Shown here one piece after another: positions 8,481-18,990 of a stretch of DNA of 64,000 nucleotides. Origin of the DNA: an uncultured bacterium. GTDB taxonomy: Bacteria > Krumholzibacteriota > Krumholzibacteriia > LZORAL124-64-63. Location of the stretch: contig CAVSGO010000003.1 in assembly GCA_963727525.1 (NCBI GenBank), positions 224,001 to 288,000 of the forward strand. Direction: 5' to 3'. The position numbers were made by a program, and so were the translations under genes. A model generated the notes under the pieces. It saw only the letters and a program-made list of their open reading frames with translations. It did no database searches and was not told where the DNA came from. The number at the start of each line of letters is the position of its first letter. The first letter of the stretch is position 1.

Positions 8481-11114
8481 TCATTCGAGTTGAACGTCGA
8501 CGACACTCCACTCGCCATCGACGGCTCGTAGTTTCCAGGTGAATGCGAGCCGATACGGATCCGAACTCACGCGACTGCCATTCTTGTAGTAGAGCGAGGC
8601 CGTGAGCGTGACGGTGGCCGATTCGTGATCGTCGCCCAGGAGGATCTCGCTGTGGCGATCCTGCAGGGATGCGGCCGACTCGATCAGCTCTCGCCAGTTC
8701 TCGTCCTGCGCATCGCTCCAGTGCAGGATCGACTTGAAGCGCTGATAGTCACCTTTGGCGATGCTCGCGAAGAACGACTCGACCAGATCGGTGATCTCGG
8801 CTCTGGCGGCGCGGTCGTCGTTCGCGGCTGTGGCCAGCTGAAGTTCCCCCGCAGCCGCGTGATAGAGGTCGGCGGCTGCGCCGTATCTGTGCTGCGCGAG
8901 TTCGTAGTCCTTCTTCGCGAAGGCTCGGTCACCGGCCACCGCGGCGGATTCGGCTTCGCCGTACTTCGGACTCCGCGATCGGCTATCGGCGGGGTAGGGC
9001 GCAAGTGCCTTGCGCGCACCATCCATGGACTTCCGCGCCGCCTCGGCTCCGGCCTTATCGCGAGCCCGCGAGGCTTCGCCCGCCGCGGCCGCCCTGGCGG
9101 CAGCGCTGTCGAAACCCGAGGTTGCCTGCGCAAAGAGCTTGTCGGCGCGTCGGTATGCGTCGGTGGATTCCTGGGAGAGGAGCGCCTCCGCCTGGTCCGC
9201 GAGGTCGCGCGCGCGTCGGTATTCGGCCGACGCGGTCGCGGCGTCGCCGGCCCTGTCGGCCGCGGCTCGGGCGCGGGTCATGGCGTCCCGCGACGCCGCG
9301 GCGCCGGTCTTCGACTCCGCGATTCGCTTCGACGCCGCTTCCGCCACCAAGCGGGATCGGGTCGCCTCGGCCCCGTCGAGCGCGCGCGCGGCGTCGGCGT
9401 AGAGGCCCTCGGCGGAGGTGAAACCCTGCAGCGCCGTGTCGTACTGACCCTGGGCGAAGGACCGGGTCGCGTTTTCGGCCAGGTTCCCGGCCCGCTGGAA
9501 GATCGCAGCCGCCGCGGGCACGTCGTCATAGTCCCCGGCGGCCCGCGCGTCCCGGGCCGCCAACATCGCAGTCTGTGCGCTGGCCGCCGCGGCCGCGACG
9601 TTCACCCCGCTGTCGGCGGGAGTGTCGGCGGGATGTCCCCTGTCCGCCAAAGCGGCACTCGTGTCGCGGTCCAGAGTCGCCACGGCATGGTCGCGGGTGC
9701 TCGGCGCGGCCCCGCTCCGGTCGGAACCGGACGACCGCGGCCAGAAGATGGCGACCGCGGCCAGGGCCGCCAGCACCAGCGCCGCGGCGATACCCACATA
9801 CTTCGTCGTCGGTCGCTTCGCGGTCGCATGCTGCGCCTGCGGCGCGGGAGGGTGTTTCGGCGGAGGCGGTGGTACGACCGCGTCTCGCGGCGGCGGCGGC
9901 GGCGGGGGCGCTGGTGCGGCGGCGAACACCTTCGTCTCGTCGCTCCCGGCGGTGCGCGGCGCCGACGGTTCCGGTTTCGGTGGGGATGACGCGGGGACCA
10001 GCATCACCCCCGACTCTTCCGCCTTCTTCCGGAGTTCCTGCAGCTCATTCCCGGCGCGGGGATGGTTGGCGTCGAGCGAGAGCACGAACGTGAACTCCCG
10101 GACCGCATCGCCGATCGACGACAGGCCGAGATTCTTGAAGTAAAAGCCGCGTTTCAGATAGCCGTCGATCGCCAGCGTCTGCAGCTCGTCCGAGAACGCG
10201 GCCGGCGCCTCGGCGAAGCGAGCCATGTACTCGCGCTTGTGCTTCAGCACGTTGCCATTGACGTCGATGCTCTCCAGCGCCGCCGTCAGGGCGCGGAGAA
10301 CCTGGTCCATCGACTGGAAGCGCCGCGCCGGATCCTTGGCCAGCATCTTCGCGAGGAGGTGGCCGATTTCCGGGGTGTATCGCGGACAGTTCTCCACACC
10401 GAGCTGCGGCATCTCCGCGTTGATGATCTGTTCCTGAACGTCGGCGATCGATTTCCCGGTGAACGGCTTGTGTCCGATGATGAGCTGAAACGCCATGACA
10501 CCGAGCGAGAAGATGTCGGTGCGCACGTCCACCTTGCCGCCGGCCGCTTGCTCGGGCGCCATGTAGGACGGCGTACCGACGACCCGACTCGGCATCGTCA
10601 GATCCTGGGCGGATTGCCAGTTCACCCCGTCGACATCGCGAGCGAGACCGAAATCCGTCAATTTCACGAAACCCGTCGAGCTTAGCAGGACGTTGCTCGG
10701 TTTGACGTCGCGGTGGATGATCCCTTGCTTGTGCGCGACCTGGAGCCCGTAGGCGACTTCCTGGAGGATCGGTAAAGCGATTTCCAGGGGAAACCGCGCG
10801 CCTTCGCGCTCGATCACGACCTCGTTGAAGACCTTGCCGAGATCCGCGCCATCGATGTACGGCATCACGATGAAGAAGATGTCGTTCTCGCTGCCGAAGT
10901 CGATGACGTTCACGATGTTGTCGTGATTCAACGACGAGGCGGCGCGGGCTTCGCGCTCGAAGCGCGCGATGAATTCGTCGTCGCCGCTCAGGCTCGGATG
11001 CAGGACCTTGATCGCCACGGGATAGCCGAGGGTGCTGTGGTGGCCCATGAACACGGTCGACATGCCGCCGGCACCGATCTTGTGTCCGAGCGTGAAGCCA
11101 TGGAAGGTGTTCAC
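8481..11114 (-). CDS. Hanks-type Ser/Thr protein kinase with TPR-like segment, TM helix and extracytoplasmic helical domain
   Basis: IGAGGMSTV, VAIK, HRDVKPSN, DFG, GTPSYMAPE and DIFSLG motifs. Pro-rich linker, TM 'VGIAAALVLAALAAVAIFW', Ala-rich helical region. Confidence 0.92.
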   Translation of the reverse strand: MNTFHGFTLGHKIGAGGMSTVFMGHHSTLGYPVAIKVLHPSLSGDDEFIARFEREARAASSLNHDNIVNVIDFGSENDIFFIVMPYIDGADLGKVFNEVVIEREGARFPLEIALPILQEVAYGLQVAHKQGIIHRDVKPSNVLLSSTGFVKLTDFGLARDVDGVNWQSAQDLTMPSRVVGTPSYMAPEQAAGGKVDVRTDIFSLGVMAFQLIIGHKPFTGKSIADVQEQIINAEMPQLGVENCPRYTPEIGHLLAKMLAKDPARRFQSMDQVLRALTAALESIDVNGNVLKHKREYMARFAEAPAAFSDELQTLAIDGYLKRGFYFKNLGLSSIGDAVREFTFVLSLDANHPRAGNELQELRKKAEESGVMLVPASSPPKPEPSAPRTAGSDETKVFAAAPAPPPPPPPRDAVVPPPPPKHPPAPQAQHATAKRPTTKYVGIAAALVLAALAAVAIFWPRSSGSDRSGAAPSTRDHAVATLDRDTSAALADRGHPADTPADSGVNVAAAAASAQTAMLAARDARAAGDYDDVPAAAAIFQRAGNLAENATRSFAQGQYDTALQGFTSAEGLYADAARALDGAEATRSRLVAEAASKRIAESKTGAAASRDAMTRARAAADRAGDAATASAEYRRARDLADQAEALLSQESTDAYRRADKLFAQATSGFDSAAARAAAAGEASRARDKAGAEAARKSMDGARKALAPYPADSRSRSPKYGEAESAAVAGDRAFAKKDYELAQHRYGAAADLYHAAAGELQLATAANDDRAARAEITDLVESFFASIAKGDYQRFKSILHWSDAQDENWRELIESAASLQDRHSEILLGDDHESATVTLTASLYYKNGSRVSSDPYRLAFTWKLRAVDGEWSVVDVQLE

Positions 11115-11630
11115 CGAGCCCTCGGCCCTCTCCGGAGATCAACAAGCAGTGTGGAGTCACGATGCGAAACTGTCGCGTGGCGTGGCGAAAGCGAAATCCT
11201 ATGAAAAATATCTGAAATTGGCAATACGGGTTCTCTTCGGCCCCCGGCCGCGGATGCACGATCATCCTCCTTTTTCGTGAGAACAGGAACTTCCTCGGCG
11301 TCCGTGAACGACTCGCCGCTCGGCCCGCAAGGTTGCGTGGTGGTTCCGTGAGCGTTCACCTATCACGGGCATCTGCCCGAGGCGTTGTAATGAGATCCTT
11401 CGTGATATCGCGTTTTCGTCGATGCCGGTAGCGGCGCAAGTTTCGATCCACCAGCGCCGCCCGTGTGCAGACCATGCAGGGGATCCCCTATCGGCGTCGG
11501 ACATCCGGGCGCCACAGGCCTATGTCGGCACCATGAAAACACAATTCGGAGTCTTATTCACTGGATTTATTGCCTGCCTCGTTTTTAGGATGGTCGAGCT
11601 CCCATCATAAACTGCATAAGGAGGTTTCCC

Positions 11631-14027
11631 ATGTCTCGCCCCAAACTCGCCCGTGCCCTCGGCGCCCTTGCGCTGTTGACGCTCGTGGTCCTTTGCATCC
11701 CATCCACGGCCCATGCCCAGACTCCCGACCCGTCGTTCTGGATGGCCAACAACACCGTCCGCGCCATCGCCCGGACGAACGACACGGTGTACATCGGCGG
11801 CAATTTCTCGCAGGTCTATCCCTATACTGGTGGTGGCGCGTCCATCGACGTGAACACGCGCATGCCGGCGTATCCGTTTCCCCGCGTCACCGGGACCGTG
11901 TATGCCGCCACGCCCGATGGAACCGGAGGCTGGTACATAGGCGGCGACTTCGACGCGGTGGGCGCCTTCCCGCGCGCGAACCTCGCCCACATCGCCGCCG
12001 ACGGTTCCGTCACCGACTGGGATCCCGATGCGAACAACGTCGTACGCGCCATCGTCGTGACGCCCGACGGCATCATCGTCGGCGGCTTTTTCACGTTCAT
12101 CGGGAATCAGACGCGCAACCGAATCGGCATGATCGACGCCACGACCGGACTCGCGCTCGCCTGGAATCCCAACGCGAACAACGCCGTCTACACGATGGTT
12201 CGTGACGGGTCGTCGCTGTACGTCGGCGGTTCGTTCTCCAACATCGGCGGCCAGGCGCGCCTGCGTCTCGCGGAATTCTCGCTGGCGAGTGGCAATACGA
12301 CGGCCTGGGATCCGCAATGCAACGGCATCGTCTACGCCATCGCGCTCACCGCGGGATCCGTGTACACCGGCGGCGCCTTCACCACCGTCGGCGGGCAGGC
12401 GCGCAACCGTATCGCCGAGGTCTCGCGCACCACGGGGTTGCCCACGAGCTGGGATCCCAACGCGAACAACGCGGTCTGGTCGTTCGTCATCGACGGTTCC
12501 ACCGTTTACGCCGGGGGGGCGTTCACGAGCATCGGCGGCGAGGTCCGCGGGCACATCGCCGCGTTGGATGCCGGCACGGGCGCGGCGCTCTTCTGGAATC
12601 CGAACGCCAACAGCACGGTATACAGCATGGTGCGCAACGGGTCGCTGCTCTACGTCGGTGGTGGCTTCACCAGTGTCGCCGGCACGACGCGCCTGCACTT
12701 CGCCGCCGTCGATCTCGTCTCGGGCGACGTGAACGACTGGGAGTCCAATGCCAACAACCAGATCAACACGCTCACCCTCGACGGAACCTCGCTCTATGCG
12801 GGCGGCGCCTTCACGACGATCGGCGGCCAGACGCGCAACCGCATCGCGGCGCTCGACGCAGTCACCGGTGTGCTCAAGGACTGGAATCCGAACGCGAACA
12901 ACCAGGTCTACAGCATCGTCCCCGACGGGGATACCGTCTACGTCGGCGGTGCCTTCACGAATATCGGGGGCCAGGTCCGCAATCGACTCGCCGCCCTCGA
13001 TGCGACCTCCGGCCTCGCCCTGATCTGGAATCCCAACCCCAACAGCACCGTGCAGACGATGCTCCTCGATGGCACGAACCTCTACGCCGGCGGGCTGTTC
13101 ACGCAGATCGGCGGTCAGACCCGCGCCCGGCTCGCGATGGTCGACGCGCAGACGGGCGTCGTCAGCGCCTGGGAACCGGCACCGAACGGCACGGTCAATG
13201 ATCTGGTGAAAGTGGGCAGCACCCTCTATGTCGGCGGTACGTTCACGACCATAGGCGGCGCGACGCGCAACCGTCTCGCGGCCGTCAATGCCACGACGGG
13301 CACGGCGACGAGCTGGGATCCTGCGCTGAACAACACCGTCAACACGATCGCGGTGGACGGGACCACCATCTACGCCGGCGGCTCGTTCACGATGGTTGGC
13401 ACCGAAACCCGCAATCGCCTCGCCGCGATCAGCACCACGACGGGCCAGGCGACCGCGTGGAATCCGGACGCCAACAACGTCGTGAACGATCTGGTGGTGG
13501 ACAACGGCGACGTCCTCGTGGGCGGCTCCTTCAACTTCATCGGCGGTCAGACCCGCAACCGGCTGGCGCGCATCGCCCCCGATGGCCTCGCGGTGTTCGA
13601 CTGGGATCCCAATGCGAACAACGTGGTCTACGCCATGCTGGGAAGCGCGACGTCGCTCTTCACTGGTGGCAATTTCAATCAGATCGCGGGCGTGTATGCC
13701 CAGGGCCTCGCCTGGCTCAAGGTCGAGGGCACGGCGGTTCCGCAGGGAGAGCAACTCCTTGCCAACGCGCTCGGTCTGTCGTTCCACCCGAATCCGGCCG
13801 CCTCGCACACGACGGCGAGCTTCGCCCTGCGGCGGCCTGCCTCCGTATCGCTGGCGATCTATGACGTGCGCGGGCGACGGGTCGCCACCGTCGAGTCCCA
13901 TGCGCAGCGCGAGGCCGGTCGGCAGGAGATCGGCTTCGACCTCGACCAGCTCAGCAGCGGCGTGTACTTCGCGCGATTGAACACGAGCGCGGGAGCGGCC
14001 GTGCAGAAATTCCTCGTGGTGAAGTGA
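11631..14027 (+). CDS. Secreted repeat protein (about 14 x 49-aa beta-propeller-type repeats) with C-terminal T9SS/FlgD-like domain
   Basis: RBS AAGGAGG, signal peptide ending AHA. Repeat unit W[DN]PNANNxV...YxGGxFTxIGGQxRNRxAxxDxxTG. CTD 'HPNP...IYDVRGRRV...SGVYFARL'. Confidence 0.85.
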   Translation: MSRPKLARALGALALLTLVVLCIPSTAHAQTPDPSFWMANNTVRAIARTNDTVYIGGNFSQVYPYTGGGASIDVNTRMPAYPFPRVTGTVYAATPDGTGGWYIGGDFDAVGAFPRANLAHIAADGSVTDWDPDANNVVRAIVVTPDGIIVGGFFTFIGNQTRNRIGMIDATTGLALAWNPNANNAVYTMVRDGSSLYVGGSFSNIGGQARLRLAEFSLASGNTTAWDPQCNGIVYAIALTAGSVYTGGAFTTVGGQARNRIAEVSRTTGLPTSWDPNANNAVWSFVIDGSTVYAGGAFTSIGGEVRGHIAALDAGTGAALFWNPNANSTVYSMVRNGSLLYVGGGFTSVAGTTRLHFAAVDLVSGDVNDWESNANNQINTLTLDGTSLYAGGAFTTIGGQTRNRIAALDAVTGVLKDWNPNANNQVYSIVPDGDTVYVGGAFTNIGGQVRNRLAALDATSGLALIWNPNPNSTVQTMLLDGTNLYAGGLFTQIGGQTRARLAMVDAQTGVVSAWEPAPNGTVNDLVKVGSTLYVGGTFTTIGGATRNRLAAVNATTGTATSWDPALNNTVNTIAVDGTTIYAGGSFTMVGTETRNRLAAISTTTGQATAWNPDANNVVNDLVVDNGDVLVGGSFNFIGGQTRNRLARIAPDGLAVFDWDPNANNVVYAMLGSATSLFTGGNFNQIAGVYAQGLAWLKVEGTAVPQGEQLLANALGLSFHPNPAASHTTASFALRRPASVSLAIYDVRGRRVATVESHAQREAGRQEIGFDLDQLSSGVYFARLNTSAGAAVQKFLVVK

Positions 14028-14107
14028 TCCGGACACCGGTCGGTCACGGATGGCAAGACCCGTCGGCGCGATCGCGACGGGTCTTGTGCCATGCGCGGGG
14101 AGCGATC

Positions 14108-15687
14108 TCAGCGTTCCCCGACGGCGACCGCCACCGGCCGTGGTGCCGGCACCAGCGCCGGCGCCACGGCGAAGGCGCCCAGGGCGGGATCCGGCTGATC
14201 ATCGCGGGCCTCGCCGCGCTGATGCACGAGGTACTGCCGCGTCACCGGGTGGTTCGCGGCAGTGGCGGCGAGGGGCCCGGCTTCTCCGAGCAGCGGCGCA
14301 TCGACGCGCGGTGCCAGCGCCCAGTTGCCGAGATCCACGAAACCCGGGTCGGAGCCGACGACGCAGTCCTGCGTCGCGAGGCTGCCATTCGGTGCACCGT
14401 CGTGGCTGTCTACCCAACCTTCCGTCAGCCAGCAGTGCGAGAGCGAGGCCACGCCGGCATCGGCGCGGATGGCGAGATGCGAACCGCTGGCGGTGACGTG
14501 CACCACGCAGTTGCGCACGTCGGCGTGCTCGTCGTCGGTGGACAGACGCAGCAACGTGGTGTTACCCGTGCGCGTGGAGACGATGGTGTTGTGGTAAAAA
14601 TAGAGCGTGCCCTTGCGATACCAGTCGGTGTCGCCGCTGTCGCCACCGTAGTGGAGGATCTGCGAGTTGCCCGTGTTCTCCGTCTCGAGCAGCACGTTGC
14701 CGTAGACCAGCGTGGTGAGGTAGCGCGGGTCGTCGCGCAGCGCCTGATGATCGGTGTCGACGAGGTCGAGCTGGCGATTGCCCGCCTCGATCCAGTTGTA
14801 GCGGATCACCGTGCCGGCCGAGCGATCCTTGAGATTGTTGCCGCCGCAGTCGGGGCGCAGGGGGCCGTAGCGGTTGTACTCGAAGAGGATGCCGAGGCAC
14901 TCGGTGTACGAGTTGTGCTCGTAGATGCTGCCCTCGATGCCGTTGGCGTGCACGAAATTGCCACGCACGCTGAGGTCGCTCACCTCGGCGCCGGCGAACA
15001 GGCCGTTGCCGCAGTCGGAGATCTCGCAGTCCTCGATCGTGATGTGTGCGCCGATCTCCACGTGCACGGCGGCGGCATTGCTGTTGTAGGTCCCCGCGTT
15101 GCCCGCGTCGTCGGTGAACGTGTAGCCGGGGCGCCCGCTGCGGATGTCGAGGCCCTGGATGAATACCCACGCGGGCACGAGATCGTCGGTCGGCAGGTTC
15201 GAGCCACCCACCTTCACCACCGAGCGCCCCTCGTTCCAGTAATCGAGGGCCAGACGCGTGGTGGCGCCGTCGCCGCTGATCATGGGGCGCGCGCCCGTCG
15301 TGTCGTCGCGCAGGCCGAGTACCACCAGCGGCGCCGACTCCGTGCCGACCGTGTTCACCACCCACTTGCAGCGGTAGGGCTCGTTGCGATGGTGAATCCG
15401 CACCAGCGTGGACGGTGCCAGCGCCTCCCAGGGCACGTCGTTCGGCGTGGCGTACTGCTCACCGGGGCCGACGTCGAGCACGATGTCGAACGTCGCCGGT
15501 TCCCAGGTATGGAAGCCCACATCGCTGGCGCCGGGCGGCGGGGATGGGGCGATCCGCCATCGCCAGGACCGGTGGGGTCGTCGCCGCCGCAACCGGCCAG
15601 CATGAGTCCCGTGGCGAGCGCGATCGCGAGGTGCCATCTCTTGGTCGGTAATGTGCTCTTGGTCGATAATGTGGGCCTGGTGGTCAT
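14108..15687 (-). CDS. Lipoprotein with right-handed parallel beta-helix (polysaccharide-active enzyme-like), frameshifted near 15546-15549
   Basis: RBS AGGAG, then MTTRP...LMLAGC-GGDDPTGPG in one frame. It continues as PPPGASDVG...HNSYTE...NLKDRSAGTVIRYNWIE in another frame across a C4 run. Confidence 0.7.
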
Positions 15688-15808
15688 CGTGCACATCTCC
15701 TGGCTGGACGCCCGGTTGGCGGTGCAAGCAAGGCACGGGCCCGGGTCGGCTGCTCACGCACACCATATTGCCGCCGGCCTTGACGCCCCATACGCCGTAT
15801 TCCCATTC

Positions 15809-15857
15809 TTGACTGCGACGGGCCGGTCGCCTACAATGTTCGGAGACAGAACAAAGT
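15809..15857 (+). promoter_or_regulatory. Sigma70 promoter plus ROK-type operator (copy 1)
   Basis: TTGACT-N17-TACAAT (15809-15837). Palindrome ACAATGTTCGGAGACAGAACAAAGT (15833-15857) overlaps the -10 box. Confidence 0.8.
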
Positions 15858-15885
15858 TCGCATTCACCCGATGGGCGGGCCAGAC

Positions 15886-17490
15886 ATGACCCTGACGCGT
15901 GTAAACCGGACCATCCTGGGGCTTGGTGCCCTCGCGCTCCTGCTGGCGAGCCAGGCCAGCGGCCAGTGCATCCTCGCGAACCCCAGCTTCGAGCTGCTCG
16001 GGCAGGGCGGTGCCGCTTTCGGCGGCTGGAATCAGTTCGGTGTGGTGGGCGTGTCGAGCCAGGCGGTCCACGGGTCGCGCGCGGCGCAGGTCACCGGGCT
16101 CGACCAGGGCGGCTGGGACGTCTCGGCCGTGTGGCAGCCGCTCGACTGCGCCCCCGGCGAGCAGTGGCACGTGTCGGTGCAGGTACAGCATGCGTCCGCG
16201 CAGCCCCTCACCGATCAGTCGCTGGCCATCGTGAATCTGGAATGGCGCGACGGCGGCGGGAATCTCATCAACTACGAGTCGCACACGGCCGCCGACGCCT
16301 CCACTCCCACCGACAGTTACCAGGCGTACAGCGTTGACAGCGGCCCGGCGCCCGACGGGACGGCGTCCGTGCGCCTGCTGCTGGGCGTGCTGCAGGCGCC
16401 GGGCGATCCAGTGCCCGTGGTCACCTTCGACCTCGCCGAGATCACCAGCCTCTCGTCGCCCACGCTCGACGAGATCCAGTGGAACGACTTTCCGGGCGGC
16501 CGCACGCTCGACTTCGCCGGCCGCACTTGGCGCGTGAAGGGACCCGGCTACTATGGCCCCGGTCCCAACCTCTTCAGCGACAACCCCGCCAACGTGTGGG
16601 TCGATGCCCAGCAGCGCCTGCACCTGACGAACACGCAGGTGGGCAGCAACTGGTACAGCACCGAGGTGGCGCTGGTCGATGCGCTGGGATACGGCGATTA
16701 CGTCTTCACCACCCAGGGCGCGCTCGATCAGCTCGATCCCGCCGTGGTGTGCGGGTTCTTCCTCTGGCAGTATGGCCCATGCTACGACTCGGGATACCTC
16801 TGGTGGAATCCCTACAACGAGATCGACGTGGAGTTCAGCTACTGGGGCAATCCGGGTATCGGCGTCGCCCAGTTCGTGGCGCAGCCCGCCGACTACCCGG
16901 GCAACGTGAGTCGTTTCGATGCGACGTTCGGTGCCGACGAGGTCACTAGCCACGCCTTCCGCTGGCTGCCCGATCGCGTGGAGTACCGCAGCTGGCGCGG
17001 CGGACCGGCCGACGAGAATACGGGCACCCTGATCCACGCCTGGACGTACACCGGTCCGCATATCCCGCGGCCGGAGCAGCCGCGTGTCCATCTGAACCTC
17101 TGGCGCTTCTCCAATCCCCCGGCCACGAACCAGGAGGTGATCCTCACGGACTTCACCTTCGTGCCCGAGGGCACCGCGATCGGTGTGCCCGACCCGACCG
17201 CGCTCGCCGCGGCGCCGGCCCACCTGGACGCGGCGGCGCCGAATCCGTTCAACCCCCGCACGACGATCCGTTACACTCTGCGTGGCGACGGTCCCGTGAC
17301 GCTGGTCGTTTTCGATGTGCAGGGGCGCCGCGTACGCACCCTCGTGGATGGCGCCGTCCCGGCCGGGACCCACGCCGTCACCTGGGACGGGCGCGACGAC
17401 GTGGGCGCGGGGATGCCCTCGGGCCTGTACCTGGTTCAGCTTCGCAGCGGCCGCGTCGTGGAGACGCGGCGGATGACGCTGGTCCGCTAG
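15886..17490 (+). CDS. Secreted GH16-family beta-glucanase with N-terminal carbohydrate-binding module and FlgD-Ig CTD
   Basis: Signal peptide, 'NPSFE' CBM-like start, GH16 catalytic motif 'NEIDVEF', CTD 'PNPFNPRTT...WDGRD'. Confidence 0.8.
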   Translation: MTLTRVNRTILGLGALALLLASQASGQCILANPSFELLGQGGAAFGGWNQFGVVGVSSQAVHGSRAAQVTGLDQGGWDVSAVWQPLDCAPGEQWHVSVQVQHASAQPLTDQSLAIVNLEWRDGGGNLINYESHTAADASTPTDSYQAYSVDSGPAPDGTASVRLLLGVLQAPGDPVPVVTFDLAEITSLSSPTLDEIQWNDFPGGRTLDFAGRTWRVKGPGYYGPGPNLFSDNPANVWVDAQQRLHLTNTQVGSNWYSTEVALVDALGYGDYVFTTQGALDQLDPAVVCGFFLWQYGPCYDSGYLWWNPYNEIDVEFSYWGNPGIGVAQFVAQPADYPGNVSRFDATFGADEVTSHAFRWLPDRVEYRSWRGGPADENTGTLIHAWTYTGPHIPRPEQPRVHLNLWRFSNPPATNQEVILTDFTFVPEGTAIGVPDPTALAAAPAHLDAAAPNPFNPRTTIRYTLRGDGPVTLVVFDVQGRRVRTLVDGAVPAGTHAVTWDGRDDVGAGMPSGLYLVQLRSGRVVETRRMTLVR

Positions 17491-17551
17491 TGCCGCTCAC
17501 ACGCGCGGCGCGGCGCCCATTGCCACGGCTCGAACGTCACGGAGGCACGTC

Positions 17552-18934
17552 GTGACCCCGATCAACCGTCAGCGATGCATGTCCGGTCTGCTCGCCGCCG
17601 CGGCTCTCGTCGCGCTGGCCGGCTGCAGCGGCCGCAACCCGGCCGACCTCGACGTGGCCCGCGCCACCGACGATCCCGTGGTCTTCGAGGACGGGTATGA
17701 CACCGACATCTATCCTCAAGCCTTCGCCGGCACCGACATCTACGCCACGACCCTCGACTCGGTCTTCGCCCATGCGGGCACCCGGTCGCTCAAGGTGACG
17801 GTGCCGCCCCAGGGCTCGGCACTGGGCGCCTACGCCGGGGGCGTGCTCACCTCCGCGGGTGCGCGCGATCTCACCGCGTACAATGCGCTCACGTTCTGGG
17901 CGCGGTCGAGCGTGGCCTCGAACCTGAACGAGGTCGGTTTCGGCAACGACAACACGGGCACCTCGCGATACAGCGCCGGGCGGGCCGGCATCCCGCTCTC
18001 CACGGCCTGGGTGCGCGTGGTCGTGCCCATCCCCGCGCCGCAGAAGCTGATCGCCGAGCGCGGCCTCTTCACCTATGCCGAGGGCTGGGAAGCCCAGCAC
18101 TCCGCCGGCCACACGCTGTGGTTCGATCAGATCGCGTTCGCCCATCTCGACAGCATCACGAATCCGCGGCCCATGATGGTGACGACAGACAAACCTTACT
18201 TCGTGGGCGCGACGGTGAGTCTCGACGGGTGTTCCACCACGTTTTCCGTGGACGGTGCCGATGTCGTGGTGAACCACATGCCCGGGTACTTCGACTTCAC
18301 GTCGTCTGCTCCGTCCGTGGCGCGCGTGGAGGGCGGTGTGGTGAAGGTGATCGGCGCCGGCGATGCCGAGATCAACGCGACGCTCGCGGGCGCTCCGGTC
18401 ACGGGCACCGTAACGGTGAAGGGGTACCGGCCCCCGGCCGGGCCGCCGCCCACGCCCACGCTTCCGGCCGCCAGCGTGATCTCCATGTACAGCGATGCGT
18501 ATACGAACGTGCCGGTGGGCTCCTGGAACACGCACTGGCAGTACTCCACCACCGACGACTCCGAGTACACGGTCGCCGGCGACGTGACGCGGATGTACGC
18601 CAATCTCAACTTCGTGGGCATCGATCTCAGCGCCGACACCATCGACGCCTCGCGGATGACCCACCTGCACATCGACGTCTACGCCCCCGCCGGCACGAAC
18701 TTCAAGGTGAAGCTCGTGGCCTTCGATGCGGACGGCGGTCATATGACCGGTCAGTCGGAGCTGACGTTCGATGGTGCGAGCACGCCCGCCTTCATTGCCG
18801 GCCAGTGGTCGTCGCTCGATATCCCGCTCGCCGATTTCCAGTTCGCCGTGCCGCTGGATCACGTGGGCCAGCTCGTCTTCAGCACCGACGATGCCTCGCT
18901 GGTCCTGGTGGACAACATCTACTGGCACTCTTAG
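17552..18934 (+). CDS. Lipoprotein with carbohydrate-binding jelly-roll domains and an Ig-like (Big_2) domain
   Basis: Lipobox LAGC. 'RDLTAYNALTFWAR', Big_2-like 'FTSSAPSVARVEGG', and 'VISMYSDAY...DASRMTHLHIDVY...VDNIYW'. Confidence 0.7.
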   Translation: MTPINRQRCMSGLLAAAALVALAGCSGRNPADLDVARATDDPVVFEDGYDTDIYPQAFAGTDIYATTLDSVFAHAGTRSLKVTVPPQGSALGAYAGGVLTSAGARDLTAYNALTFWARSSVASNLNEVGFGNDNTGTSRYSAGRAGIPLSTAWVRVVVPIPAPQKLIAERGLFTYAEGWEAQHSAGHTLWFDQIAFAHLDSITNPRPMMVTTDKPYFVGATVSLDGCSTTFSVDGADVVVNHMPGYFDFTSSAPSVARVEGGVVKVIGAGDAEINATLAGAPVTGTVTVKGYRPPAGPPPTPTLPAASVISMYSDAYTNVPVGSWNTHWQYSTTDDSEYTVAGDVTRMYANLNFVGIDLSADTIDASRMTHLHIDVYAPAGTNFKVKLVAFDADGGHMTGQSELTFDGASTPAFIAGQWSSLDIPLADFQFAVPLDHVGQLVFSTDDASLVLVDNIYWHS

Positions 18935-18990
18935 GCTAGGAATCCTGGGCCGGGGCCCAACCCTGCCGATCAGCCGAGGGAGACGAGACC

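Noticed and set aside
11750-13720. CRISPR array or DNA tandem repeat
   Set aside because: The 147-bp periodicity is a degenerate protein-coding repeat with synonymous variation, not identical repeats with unique spacers.
11520-14036. Long antisense ORFs (also 44961-47303, 59115-61073, 3218-4852 and others)
   Set aside because: Shadow frames of real high-GC genes on the opposite strand, with no recognisable motifs.
15833-15857. GTTC/GAAC palindrome as a LexA (SOS) box
   Set aside because: All four copies precede carbohydrate genes near a ROK repressor and none precedes a repair gene. It remains testable genome-wide.
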